From contig NC_047070.1 in NCBI RefSeq assembly GCF_902459465.1, forward strand, positions 13,516,001-13,580,000: a stretch of 64,000 nucleotides of DNA. Direction: 5' to 3'. Position 1 is the stretch's first letter. The number at the start of each line of letters is the position of its first letter. This stretch comes from Asterias rubens (taxonomy: Eukaryota). This document shows positions 38,982 through 51,222 of the stretch, in pieces. The notes beneath the pieces were generated by a model. It made no database searches. It saw nothing but the letters and a program-made list of their open reading frames with translations, and had not been told where the DNA came from. A program made the position numbers and the translations under genes.

Positions 38982-41204
38982 GTAAGGATGGGTTTAATTC
39001 TAATCTTGAAAAGTTAACAAAATAATAATTGGCTAAGAAATATGTGAATTTACATCTTTGTTCCTAACAAAGATATATTGAAACAAACGCCCAGTCAGCC
39101 AGGCCAATCATACATTCAGAACAACCGTATCATTATACGTTTTGCTCGCATTTTATTATAATTTGAAATAATGTTTTCTTTTTTTAATTATGTTACATAC
39201 CGAAAACCAACAGAGAACAGGCAAACTGGTATCTTTTTTTCATTTTGTAAGTTACGTAATGGAGCAACACGACACAGGCAGTCCAACAGTCCATTGTTTG
39301 AAGAACAATGATTAATAATAATAGGAAACAATGGTCGATGTTTAATTTACACCATGTACAAACACACACGGTCTTACCCCGTGTAGATTGTTGGGCCGTT
39401 ATTGATATTGCTCAGAATTGAAAATAGTAGTTGCTGAAGGAACTGGTATTCCCAATAATGTCCCTTTTACTTAGCAAATCTGTAAGTTTCAATGAAAACA
39501 AATTCTGTATTTGTGTGTGTACTGAATTGAATTGCAATGACTAGAGCTTTATTTATGAACTGTCCTCAAAAACTCCTCCTCACAAACCCCAAATCTCCCA
39601 TGAGATTTCCAGCTCAAGATTCCCGCGATTCAATGTTGTTTCTCTGGACCTTTTCTCTACAAAGGAATTTGAAGCTTGACGTAAACCCCGAATGCGACAG
39701 GATAACGAATTGAGCCCTGTGTGTTATGCAAGCATAACATTACTCCGGGGCTGGGTAGGGATAACTTATAACGCGATTACGAGATATCCGAATAATGCCC
39801 GTCTCGTGGCTTCGTGTCCGTCAGTAACGTCTCATAGTCCAGGCCTAAGGGTGCGCGCTATTTTTATCAATTGCCTCATGTGTTTGTCTAGCAAGGTTTG
39901 TTCGGCCCATGTTGGTACACAAGATTTAGCTTACAGGCACAAGTAAACATTATTTTGCTCAGACTTTGTGAAAACATACCTCGCTATATAGTACTCACTC
40001 ACCCGGTCGCCCACAGTAGAAGCTTGCAAATCGTTTATCAGTAAGCATTTAATCAAGTTAACTTCCTATCTATCTCCGTCGTAATTTTGATCAAGGGAAA
40101 TATAGGCTTATTGGAAAATAATTCGCGATCAGGAACATGGATTGATTAATGGGGGAAATGTAGCCTATATCAACACACGGAGTTGAAGGATATGAATTAT
40201 TTTCAATATGTCTAGGCCCGAAATAAAAATGTCGTGTAATATTCAATTTGTCAGATTGAGAAATATTTATCGCTGATCAGACTTGTGCAATATCAGTTAA
40301 AATGAATACTCCTAAATGACATTTTATCGTCAGGTTATAGCAAAATCAAATTGAACGAAAATTGTTGATCCAGTGCAGAATTTAATATGATCACCGGAGC
40401 CAAAACGTGATCTATTGAAATGTTGACTGGCTCATAATGGACATCGTAGATTGATTGATTCAAGTCATAAACCATAAATCACAGATGTACAATATTCAGG
40501 TGTTTTAGTTGTGTTTGGGGGGTGTAAAATATGCTCCGAGTGTCGAGTTGCAATCCCTGATGTTGAAAATGAAATCAAAATGTAAGAAAAGGCTTTGTTG
40601 ACAAAAGATACATAAAACAACTCTGTGTAGTCAACATTGTTTAGAGGGTTTCCAATAATGGCAGAGGCGCGGCGAAAACGGCAGGAATTACAGATCAAAG
40701 GTCGATCAAATTGACGGGAAGATGTTGTTTGAACTGAGTGTCAAATTGGTGTTTTTAATAGAAGATGCAATCGTGCAAATGTTACACTGCTCCCGGTGAA
40801 AGATGCTGTGTTCTTGTGACGTATAAACTCAGCCTAAGAGCCACTTGAAATCTGACAATAAAGGTCATTCATATTGCACATATTTAGCAACATGAAGCAG
40901 AAATCTTTAATATTTTGTATGTAAAGTCAAATCCAATAAAGGTTTGAAGTCAAACAAATCTCCCTCCCTCTCAACAGTAGTTCGGGCAAATTGTAGCTTG
41001 GACAAGTAAATTTCTTTGAGTCAAACTTGTAACTCCGTATAGTTTGGTGTACACTAAAAAAATTATGTTAGACCAACTTTTTGTTATTAAGGTTTGATAA
41101 ATATAGCGTGCGGCATATCAACAATTTCACCTAAATGTCTTGCAACATTGGATATTGCGCTTTCATTGCAAGAATGTGAATACGTTATTCCAGGAAAGTT
41201 TTAA

Positions 41205-41579
41205 AGGCAGTGGACACTATTGGTAATTACTCAAAAATAATTATTAGCATGAAAACTAACTTGGTAACGAACAATGGGAGAGGTTGACGGTATAAAACAT
41301 TGTGAGAAACGGCTCCCTCTGAAGTGACATAGTTTTCGGAAAGAAGTAATTTTCCGCGAATTTGATTTCAAGACCTCAGGTTTAGAATTTGAGATCTCGA
41401 AATCAAGCATCTGAAAACACACAACTTCGTGCGACATGGGTGTTTTTTCCTTTTATCATCTCGCAACTTCGACGACCAATTGAGCTCAAATTTTCACAGG
41501 TGTGTTATTTTATGCGTATTAAGATACACCAAGTGAGAAGACTGGTATTTGACAATATTACAAATAGTGTCCATGGTCT
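41205..41579. mobile_element. TTAA MITE family A
   Basis: TTAA at 41201-41204 and 41580-41583, with family A internal sequence. Confidence 0.88.
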
Positions 41580-42794
41580 TTAAGAGGACGATGAGGCCCC
41601 TATCCACGGAGACTTCATCCCTCCGCGAGTCTTACAAGAAAGAGGGCACTTTGATCTGTCATCAAAATGCACGTTCTATTATCGGACCCTGTCAGTTCCA
41701 AGTGAAAGTTATAAATTCATGTCCCAGTTCTGTCTATTGATTTCTTGACCCAAGTTCCGATTTCAATTCCTCTCCATGCTTTGAACCAAAGTAATCGATT
41801 CAATGTGCGCTGCTCATCGAGTTAAAAATCACTTGTCTGCAGTGATACTTCGTCATAATTACCAAAATATTTCGTTTGTGAGGTTGAAATTATTTAGCGA
41901 TACTTTCGGTTAAACATTTTATGCTAAAGCCATATTAAGAAACGACGCTGACTGAAAACAAACGATACCTGAGTAATAAATAATTAAGTAAGTTAAATAA
42001 AACCCCAAATTATGCCTAAACTTAATTGTACCATTACAAATTAATATTCAAAATTGACCCATAAAAAGTTATGCAAGTTTCTCAGACAGCTTAACGAAAC
42101 GAAATGAACATCACCGCCTCAAAACACAACCATGATTATGATAGCTTGATGGCTTTTATATTTCCTTCCATTTTCACACTGGTATCGTGAGAGAAGTCTT
42201 TCCACTAATGCTGTTTCCCAGTTCTACTTTCAAGAGCCATTTATGATATGATCATGCGCATAACGTGTTGATATCCAAAATGGGTTACTTTAACTTAACT
42301 CATGTATAATTTCTATTCACTTATCTTGTTTTTGTATTAGATAGCAAATTTTCTTAAAGATGTTTTCAAAATATTAAAAATCACTGTTTTTCTTCACTGA
42401 AATTGCTGAAAGAATGAAGAAAAAACAGAGGTATAAACCCAGCCAGCAAAGAGGAGAAAACAGTCCGTTATTATGCGTACGCCTCACAAACCAAGCCGAA
42501 TAGAAGAGGGGATATAATGTATTTGTTATCAAGTCCTAAAATGACTCGTCTCCTTCTGAAATGTTGCTTGTGCTATTGCTAGAAAAATAACTTCTTATAA
42601 TTTATTCATACATTTAAACTATCAGCCTTGCAAAATGAGACGTATTTTTGAAATTTGCCGCATTGTTTCCCAACTTGGGGAGAAAATAGTACACGATAAA
42701 AAATAATGTGTTGCTTTAAAGTCCTGTTTCTGTAGCAAAATTGGGACTATAATGATAATTTTAATATCGTGTGTTTCTCTTATTTTTGTTAAAG

Positions 42795-43050
42795 GAGTTT
42801 TTGTGCCTCGTCCTGCAAGTCGTTCAAGTGCTCGTGCTCGATCCGACCAATCACGTGGCCTTAGTCGCGGCAGGTCTCGCTCAAAGAATCGACAAGATTT
42901 CCCGCCAGTATTTCGATCGACCATGCACAGAGGAGCGATCTACTCAGACGGGATCCCCTCTGGCTCTCCATGTCACAAGAATTCAGGTGTACTTGGGGCT
43001 TCTAGACCACAACGACCAAAGGATGTCTCAAAGCCTTCTGAGCAGTGAAG
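42795..43050 (+). CDS. Coding exon 5 (ARM-like)
   Basis: Acceptor tttttgttaaag| (phase 0). Translation EFLCLVLQVVQVLVLDPTNHVALVAAGLAQRI... The donor GAAG|gtgttt is weak, but its phase 1 matches the next exon. Confidence 0.8.
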
Positions 43051-43261
43051 GTGTTTGCCCATTAAAAGTAGTTCATTTCAATTTAGTGTGAATATTTACC
43101 TGGGAAATTCAACAGTATATGCACAATTCCTATTTGTCTTGATGAAGATGTCCTCTCTCATAATGCTTTTGACTTTGAACCCAACTTTTTTCATCCGCTT
43201 ATTTGGGACCGTAATTCAATAAGGCACAACATGCAAACAAACGTCAACGAAACAACAACCA

Positions 43262-43298
43262 TGCATTGTCGCTGTTTAATGACAACGACAATAACAAA

Positions 43299-43387
<89 letters not shown>

Positions 43388-43585
43388 ATATTTAGCAAAC
43401 AGCATCAGCAGCAGTAGCAGTAGCATATTTGTTGTTGAATGACAACGACAAGAACAAAAATAACAATTCAAGAGCAAACAGCATATACGCATCAGCAACA
43501 GCTGCAGCAGCAGCAACAACAACAACAACACAAATCAAAAACAACATTAACACAAACAACAACAAAGGCATCAACAACAAAAGCT
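43262..43585. repeat. Compound (CAA)n/(CAG)n microsatellite with a perfect (CAA)27 core at 43307-43387
   Basis: Directly visible. Confidence 0.95.
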
Positions 43586-44689
43586 ACAAAATGTATAATC
43601 CCTAAAACACCCCTAACTATTGAAAATAAATGAAACATCCGCGGGTTGTCTCTGTGTATTGAATCTTGATCCCTTTAAAACTGATGTGCGATGTAGTATT
43701 GTTGGGATGAAGCACCATTCTGAAAAGCCATGCCTCCAAGATAACAACAGTCATAATATTACATTCTGTTTTGTTTCTGCTGATTGGATTACTAAGGCTT
43801 TCCCATTGTTACTGATATTGATTCTGTCTGTGGTAATTTTAATTATTCCTTACCCTCTCAGCCAAGGCCTTTTCTTGACTTGAGTTTTTTCTATCCACAC
43901 ACCAATTATGTTTCAACAATTACATTGAATGTATAACACGTTGATGTGTTATCGCCATACATGAAGTTATTGGCGTTGACTTTCTAGTTCAATCAATAAA
44001 GTTTCTGTATTTTTACAGGGAATGGCAAAAGTCCTATGTCCATAGTGACTGTGTATTCAGGCACATATTTGAGCAATGAGACCCGCAACTAACAATGTAT
44101 TCGTAACTTACACATAAGATAAATTACCCTGTACGTTCCTAGCGTGTACCTTGACAACCAAATCTCTCATCACGGGAAATGTAATATCGCCTGCAGCACT
44201 CTGGTACTTATCGAATTTAAAAATGTTAAAGTGGAATTACTTACAAGCTTGCTGACTCGCTGAAATTTACGTTGGAAGTACCAATCGTCTTGCAAAAAGT
44301 ATACTTACGGCCTAGATCGGATGGATCTTTTGGAATACTATGTAATCAAATTAGTGTGGATTGTTTTGAACAAAAATTTACCGGGAAATTCCATGGAAAC
44401 ATAAACATTTAAGCCTGCATACTTATCAAACAATTGCTTTTGTCATTTCCTGTCCTAATTTAAGTCTGTCGTTTCAAGCTATCTAAACCTGAGGTCCTTT
44501 ACCACTATGTTCATTTAACAAATTTATTTTAAAGTTATCTTGACGACAAAACTTATTGTTTAATTTGAGACGGGTTGTGTTTTGTCTGCCCATACTTTTA
44601 CAGTTTCCTATTAAGAATGGGCTAATCGTCTCTGTTTCGTGTTTACCTGTTCATTTATTATTATTTTTTCCCTGGGGTGGGGGACTTAC

Positions 44690-44800
44690 CAACCAAAAGG
44701 ACCTGCCTGTGGTATATAGTGCAAAAAAAGTTAACGCCCTAACGTTTCGACCCATAGCCTTCGAGAAAGACTTTGCTAGGGTCGAACCGTCAAGCCCGGA
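44690..44800. mobile_element. Second PLE-like pLTR remnant (small inverted pair)
   Basis: Minus strand GGGTCGAAACGTTAGG and plus strand GAGAAAGACTTTGCTAGGGTCGAACCGTC. Shares AGGTCCWTTTGGTTGGTAAG with 52960-52980. Confidence 0.45.
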
Positions 44801-44876
44801 ACTATTTTTGTTTTAAATTAATACTAATGTAGAATACCAAATAATGATTCCTATATAGGCCATTCCTGAAACGATA

Positions 44877-45258
44877 AATAATAATAATTGTGGCTTCTTA
44901 TAAAGCGCACATGTCCGTCACCCAGTGACACTCCTGGCGCTGTACATTCAGTATTTCCTGCCAGATTGTGGGACTACGTTTGAATTATGAGACCTAATTC
45001 TGATGCACCATGTAATGCTTTACAAGATGCTGTGACGCAATTTGCTGCCGATCGGACCAGGAACACCGGGGCGAACCCCTTCTCTTTTCGATAAGTGCAC
45101 TGGGTTATTTTACATGCGTTACATAACACATGGGACCAATGGCTTAACGTCCCATCCGAAGGACGAAGCAATGGTTAAGTGTCTTGCTTAATGACACAAG
45201 TGTCACGGCTGGGGATTCGAACCCACACTCTGCTAATCAGAAACACCAGAGTTTGAAC
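44877..45258 (-). mobile_element. tRNA-derived SINE with a Deu-domain-like core
   Basis: Minus strand: B-box GGTTCGAATCCC, core GTCCTTCGGATGGGACGTTAAGCC...GTAAAATAACCCAGTGCACTTATCGAAAAGAGAAGGGGTTCGCCCCGGTGTTCCTGG, and an (ATT)n tail. The resemblance to the Deu domain is from memory of that family. Confidence 0.75.
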
Positions 45259-45360
45259 GATGTTATACAGTGGGTGAGGCTTCACGGGTAACCCGAGTTT
45301 GAAACTCGTCTTGTGAAAAATTGTGACTGTGAGCACTTCCTCAATCTCCCGACGAAGCAA

Positions 45361-45670
45361 TAAGCAAGACACTTCACCATTGCTTCGTCCTTCGGATGGG
45401 ACGTAAAGCCATTGGTACCATGTGTTGTGTAACGCATGTAAAATAACCCCGTTCACTTATCGGAAAGAGAAGGGGTTCGCCCTGGTGTTCCTAGTTGTGG
45501 CTGCTATATGCGCCGCAGCACCTTGTAAACCCTTAAAATATGGTAAATAATTGGGTCTCAGAATTCATCACTGCAATAACCTGTCTTACTGAAGTTTGTA
45601 TATATTCAGCGCCTTGAGTACCTTGTTTGGTAGAAACGCGCGCTATTAGACTTCGATGTTATCATATATT
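45361..45670 (+). mobile_element. Headless copy of the same Deu-like SINE, inverted relative to 44877-45258
   Basis: The first ~135 bp are nearly identical to the reverse complement of ~45055-45190. Confidence 0.75.
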
Positions 45671-45893
45671 ACTACGGATGAACTGGGATGAAAGCAATTT
45701 ACATCGATGGTAAATCCAAACAATGTGTAACAAGTCGGACGGGTCCAGACGTAGGCTAAGTTCAGAACCAATAATGGACTCCTGCTTTCTTTGCTCATAT
45801 TTTCAACTCCTGCATCACCTGCAAGCTCCAATGCTATCAGCGTTAATCATTAGTTTGTCTAATGGAGTGGTATCTATGTTTTTTATGTCACAG

Positions 45894-46132
45894 TAGCCGA
45901 CGCTCATGCTGCTGATCAGGCTTCCGATCAGGCTTCCGATCAGACCACTGAAGACCATTCTTCCAACCCGGGACTGACTACCAGTCGCAGTCGGTATGAC
46001 GACAGGGATTCACAGATCCATGACGGCTTACTACTCAAGATATCACACGCCACTCTTGAGATGCTTGTCTCTATGGCAATCGGTCATCCAGGGACAGAGG
46101 GAGCTAATGGTGCAGCTTGCCAATGCAGTCCG
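45894..46132 (+). CDS. Coding exon 6 (start of the REM/RasGEF_N-like domain); absent from the ORF track
   Basis: Acceptor ttttatgtcacag| (phase 1; G+TA gives V). Open frame ADAHAADQASDQASDQ...LLLKISHATLEMLVSMAIGH...CQCSP. Donor CCG|gtgagt (phase 0). Confidence 0.85.
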
Positions 46133-46802
46133 GTGAGTATAATTACACGGACGATTACCACATACAGCCAACAGGCCGTATCATGAAACCAGACTAAAAG
46201 GGAACATTGTCTCAAGTAGGGTAGGTTGACCGCTCTCTCACCCTGGTATTGGATCGTATGCAAATTCAAATAGTCTTGCTACTTTTCGAAATTCACATCT
46301 TCGTCATAAACTTGTAGTACGGTACCAGATTGAATAGCTTGTTTGTACATTGCTGGTTGCCGGCGGCTGGCTGTACCTTCAACTATGAATATGGAACATA
46401 TTCTAATAATTGTAAAGTCATTGTCCAATCAGGGTCCAAGTAAGGAGTTTCCATCACAGGGTTTACTATTGTAAACATGGTTAAAAATAAAGTAAACCAT
46501 GGGGACGAGGTTGGGTCCTTCATGTCAGAAAGAAGAAACGGTCCGTAGCTACGCTGGTACACCCCTTTCATCATCTTACCTGATTAGCTTGTGTTTATTT
46601 TTTATATAATTGAGAAAATGTGGAAAATATCAAGTTTTTTGGAAGTGCGGGTTGTCCTAACTACATGTGCGTGCGCAGTGGAATTTAATCCGCGTACAAA
46701 TTATTGTGCATCGATCCGCCCCAGTTCCCCCATTATTTGGAATGTTACAGCTTGTAGTACCAAAGCAACATACTATGGGCACCAATAGGTATATATTCGG
46801 TG

Positions 46803-46953
46803 CACTGTAAAATGGGGTGTTCAAATTTACACCAGGGTGAACAACGCAAATGTCTACCAACAAAAAAATACATTTGCGGTATTTTAATAGCCTTTGATGT
46901 TAATTGATTATTTCCTCTACGATTGTGGGGGCAACACCCAGTTTTTTGCAGTG
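46803..46953. mobile_element. Small MITE with CACTG...CAGTG termini (CMC/EnSpm-like)
   Basis: CACTGTAAAATGGGGTGTT on the left and AACACCCAGTTTTTTGCAGTG on the right form an imperfect TIR. Confidence 0.4.
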
Positions 46954-47054
46954 TTGGAAAGGGCATTAAGATAAGATGAGGACAGTGTATTGCTCATATA
47001 CGGAGGCCCTCCACCCCATTTTTCGTAAATTTGCAAAGACATTTTGTAACTTTG

Positions 47055-47450
47055 AGGCACTGTGCACATTATTTGGTAATTAGGCTACTCGAAATTTAAA
47101 TTAGCATAAAACTATTACTTATTTGGTAGCAACGGAGAGCTGTTGATAGTATAAAACTGTGTGAGAAACGGCTCCCTCTGAGGTGAAGGTAGTTTTCGAT
47201 AAAGAAGTAATTTTCCACGAATTTGATTTCTAGACCTCAGATTTAGAATTTGAGGTCTCGAAATCAAGCATCTGAAAGCACACAACTTTGGGTGACAAGG
47301 GTGTTTTTTCTTTCATTATTATCTCGCAACTTCGTTGACCGAGTGTGCTCAAATTTTCACAGGTTTGTTATTGTATGCCTATGTTGAGATACACCAAGTG
47401 AGAAGACATGGTCTTTGACAATTACCAATAGTGTCCAGTGTCCAGTGTCT
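47055..47450. mobile_element. TTAA MITE family A
   Basis: Family A internal sequence; ends GTGTCCAGTGTCT|TTAA; the left end is degenerate. Confidence 0.85.
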
Positions 47451-47878
47451 TTAAAACAATGTACCTATTTACTTATCTGGCTGGTCTCGTCCGTCTGTAT
47501 GTCCTTGTCTAGTCCTAGTCTTGTTTGTCCCAGTGTAATTTTTTTTTTAAAGTTCTATGCTTCAACATTTCCCTTCATGTTGGTAGTTACTTAACGGAGT
47601 ATCTTTAGCCATGTTATAATTGTGTTTCAATTGATGCATGGTTGGGATACAACAAGTGAGAATAGTTTGAGCCGCTAGAAGCCTTCTATGCGATAAGTTA
47701 ATGCCACACCCCACATTTAGGCCCTACATGTCGTTGCAAGCTACTGTGTAAACCATTATCAAATTGTTTCGGGCTATCCCATTTTTCTAAATATCCGGGG
47801 ATAACAGGAAAAGAAAAGAAACCCCGAAAACAAATCATATTCAGGCATTCCAACCTAGGTAGCTGCATCGATACCAAA

Positions 47879-48557
47879 ACAGTTTGCTTATTTGATGTAA
47901 TCAGCAGGTACCGACTGATTTATTTTTATCTAAGCAAAGGCAATAGGGGGCGGGCCATAACTTCTTAAAGCCCAAGCACCCCCCCCCTCCCCCCCCCCCA
48001 CAAATGACACTAGACTGGTGACCAGTGAGGAAGTTCTATCGAAATGCCCCTATACGTTAACGACTGTAAGTACGTACGACGTCAGGGGAACATGCCAGCA
48101 CATCAAGCCAAGTTTTTGTTGTAAACAAATCCAGTTGGCGCTTCGGTTGAATGTGTTCTCTCTTACTCTTCGCAAACCCGTGAGTTTATTAAAAATGACA
48201 AAACATTATGAAATTACAGTTTGCTTATTTGATGTAATCAGCAGGTACCGACTGATTTATTTTTATCTAAGCAAAGGCAATAGGGGGCGGGCCATAACTT
48301 CTTAAAGCCCAAGCACCCCCCCCCCCCCCCCCCCCCCACAAATGACACTAGACTGGTGACCAGTGAGGAAGTTCTATCGAAATGCCCCTATACGTTAACG
48401 ACTGTAAGTACGTACGACGTCAGGGGAACATGCCAGCACATCAAGCCAAGTTTTTGTTGTAAACAAATCCAGTTGGCGCTTCGGTTGAATGTGTTCTCTC
48501 TTACTCTTCGCAAACCCGTGAGTTTATTAAAAATGACAAAACATTATGAAATTACAG
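47879..48557. repeat. Near-perfect tandem duplication with 337/338 bp units
   Basis: Units start at 47879 and 48216 and appear to differ only in the poly-C tract. ACAG occurs at all three junctions. Confidence 0.95.
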
Positions 48558-48779
48558 CTTGGCCCAAGGCTTTTGCAGCGTTCTTTTTTGTTCTCTGTAC
48601 TTCGGCTTGGGCTGGTCACTGCACAGCGAACTGAATCACTGACACTGTGGGCCACACACTGACTGTGTTGTTTTTGATACCGTTACTGTACACCGGGTAT
48701 GGATGGTCAAACACACGTGGACTCGCGGCACCTATTCATGTGTGTACAGTCGATGCGAAATGGCACTCAGCATTCTCAG

Positions 48780-49132
48780 GGAAAAGTTTCCGTATGGCGC
48801 CACCATTTTTTCACTCGATATGAAATAATATACTAATTTACCTCAATGACATATCCCTTTTTATAAAAATGAGTGAAAAAGTGGTGGCGCCATACGGAAA
48901 GTTATCCAAACTGCCGAATTAAACCTTGACTTTTCAACTTTGCTCACTCACTCACATCACAAAAAATGTTATAATGGTTTATATTGAATGGTAGGATATC
49001 TCTCCGTATGGTGCCACCACTTTGTCACTAATTTTTACAAAAAAGGATATCTCATTGAGGTAAATAAGATACTATATTATTATTATTTCATAATCAAATG
49101 AAAAAGTGGTGGCGCCATACGGAAACTTTTCC
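48780..49132. mobile_element. Two ~130 bp mini-MITEs (48780-48907 and 48994-49132, opposite orientations)
   Basis: TIR GGAWAASTTTCCGTATGGCGCCACCACTTTTTCA, shared with 49912-50043. Confidence 0.8.
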
Positions 49133-49411
49133 TTTGTTTATTTGCATTCAGCGAGGTAGATATTTGTGATGATGCTGATGCTGCTTACAAAAAAATTTGA
49201 TTATTTTTCATGGTTTTGATACTTTATATAACAATTATTATTATCATAGGCCTTTTTCGTCAGTTTGAGCGGTAATCTTATTCTTAAGCCTCCCTGTTGA
49301 TGATAATTGGTTTGAAAGCAAACTTGCCGGTGGCTTGCTTTTACTTCTAGAAACTATATAAGGCTCTCTCATGAACCTTATAAAGGGGTCGAACATTTCG
49401 GGCTGCCTTAA

Positions 49412-49775
49412 AGCCATTGGATACTTTCGGAACAGAAACCAACAAAAGTTCACAGATTTACAAATAACCCACATGGTTTACAGAAGGTATTGGTGAAAGA
49501 CTTCTCTTAAAATATTATTCCATGAAATGCTTTACTTTTTGAGAAAACATTAAAGCAGATCAATTCTCAATATCAAGAATTACGGATTTATTTTGAACAC
49601 ATGTCATGACATGGCCAAACGTACGGAACCAAGGGTGGGTTTTCCCGTTATTTTCTCCCGACTCCGATGACAGATTGAGCCTAAATTTTCACAGGTTTGT
49701 TATTTTACATATAAGTTGTGGTACACGAAGTGTGGGCCTTTGGACAATACTGTTTACCAAAAGTGTCCAATGGCT
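49412..49775. mobile_element. TTAA MITE family C
   Basis: TTAA|AGCCATTGGATACTTTCGG...GTGTCCAATGGCT|TTAA. Confidence 0.85.
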
Positions 49776-49911
49776 TTAACGCTATGTTTTCAAAATCATC
49801 GTTGATAGGTGAACATGTGTTGATCGTTTTCCATCAATAACTTCAGTTCCTTTCAACCAAAACTTCCAGCACACTCAATATACATGAGATACATTTAGGA
49901 GAAGAATGCTC

Positions 49912-50043
49912 GGAAAAGTTTCCGTATGGCGCCACCACTTTTTCATTCGAAATAAAATAATATAGTATCTAATTTACCTGGTTGATATATCCTTTTTTGT
50001 AAAAATGAGTGAAAAAGTGGTGGCGCCATACGGAAAGTTATCC
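49912..50043. mobile_element. 132 bp mini-MITE with an 8 bp TSD (hAT-like)
   Basis: TSD GAATGCTC at 49904-49911 and 50044-50051, with a ~34 bp imperfect TIR. Confidence 0.85.
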
Positions 50044-50094
50044 GAATGCTCTATTACCTTTAACTATTTAAGCTGCTGAGTTTGGCAATGTTTA

Positions 50095-50290
50095 ATCTAT
50101 GTTAAATTTGCATCGGGGATAGAATATTTATTTTAGATTTACCCATATACACCGATGTGTGCTAGCACTGTACACTCTTACTTTCCCGAATTCTGTTCAA
50201 AAAAATCACAGGCATATTACTCGGGTGGGATTCGCACCCATGACCTTTGCAATTCCAGAGCAGTGTCATACACTAGAACTAGACTAGACT
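50095..50290 (-). repeat. Partial monomer of the ~256 bp repeat containing a tRNA-like unit
   Basis: Homologous to 16061-16302 but broken at a different point of the unit. Confidence 0.75.
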
Positions 50291-50478
50291 TTAAAATGTT
50301 ATTTTAAAAATAAAGCTGAAAATTCGAATTTTACACTTCAATCTCATCACATTTATATCACTCAACATTAACTGCCTTGATATTCTTGCCATGCAGTGGA
50401 GATTGCTTTGGTATGTTTATTGAGTTATATCGTTACGAACTTAATGATCTAATTACTGAGGTATGATTCCATCCTTAG

Positions 50479-50733
50479 ATTACTGAGTCTCATCCTCCAC
50501 ACTCAAGACGCTCATTGAAGACGCCAAAATGCAAGCTGACGGACCGTTGTCGATTTTGTTGCTTCCAAGACACACTCCTGGAGACGCTACCAGTAAGCGT
50601 ACACCCTATCATCCTGCTGAGGTTGTTGGAGCACACACTACTCACCACGCTGCGATGTGTTCAGAATTTGACACGGGCTGATGAAGCAGACTCCAAGGCT
50701 GAGTGGGAATCTAACACAAGACTACAGACAAAG
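50479..50733 (+). CDS. Coding exon 7 (REM-like core)
   Basis: Acceptor ttccatccttag| (phase 0). FQDTLLETLPVSVHPIILLRLL resembles the REM F-x2-T-F/L-L-x-T...P-x2-LL motif. Donor AAG|gtttga (phase 0). Confidence 0.85.
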
Positions 50734-50795
50734 GTTTGATCTTCAATCTTCACAATTTTGAAAGCTTAAAGGAAACAATGTCAAACCTGTACAAA

Positions 50796-51027
50796 ATCTA
50801 CATCTATGATATTTCTTGTCAAAGCCTTTTCAGCATCTAGACAAGATGAGAAGGATGAAGAAATTTCAGTTTTATAAGTGGGAGGAAAACCCCAGAGAAT
50901 TGTTCCAGGGAAACCCCACACAGTCAAGTAGGGACTGTAAAACCCAATCCACATAGTGCCCCCTGTAGGATTCGAACCGGAGTCCCCAGAGGTGGAAGGC
51001 AAGGCTAGACATGACTGCGCCAACCTG
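50796..51027 (-). mobile_element. tRNA-derived SINE (same family as 31773-32000)
   Basis: Aligns with 31773-32000; B-box GGTTCGAATCC on the minus strand. Confidence 0.8.
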
Positions 51028-51103
51028 ACTTTCCTGTATTGAGCCTGTTTCACTCAAGACTGCGCCAACCTGACTTTCCTGTATTGAGCCTGTTTCACTC
51101 AAG
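51013..51103. repeat. 45 bp tandem duplication spanning the SINE 5' end and its flank
   Basis: GACTGCGCCAACCTGACTTTCCTGTATTGAGCCTGTTTCACTCAA occurs twice. Confidence 0.9.
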
Positions 51104-51222
51104 GTCTCTAAATGGTGGTCGTTGGCAATAAAATTGCATCGGTGTAAAAAAATCACAAATTTGCGCTGAATGAATCCGTGATCGTTTGTGATTCTAGGGT
51201 TACTAAAACAATTAGGCCTTAA

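Noticed and set aside
39756-39765. I-SceI-like site TAGGGATAAC
   Set aside because: Only 10 of 18 bp match; chance.
1717-41437. Recurrent short ORFs of the MSHEVVCFQMLDFETS type (1717, 8101, 9844, 23324, 29576, 34763, 36570, 41231)
   Set aside because: All are readings of the same non-coding MITE.
41590-41740. LINE APE endonuclease start (LICHQNARSI)
   Set aside because: An isolated motif with no downstream ETW or other endonuclease motifs in frame.
42984-42992. Alternative exon 5 donor CAG|gtgtac
   Set aside because: Phase 0 would break the frame with exon 6, which needs phase 1.
43244-43633. Poly-Leu and poly-Gln ORFs
   Set aside because: They are translations of the CAA/CAG microsatellite.
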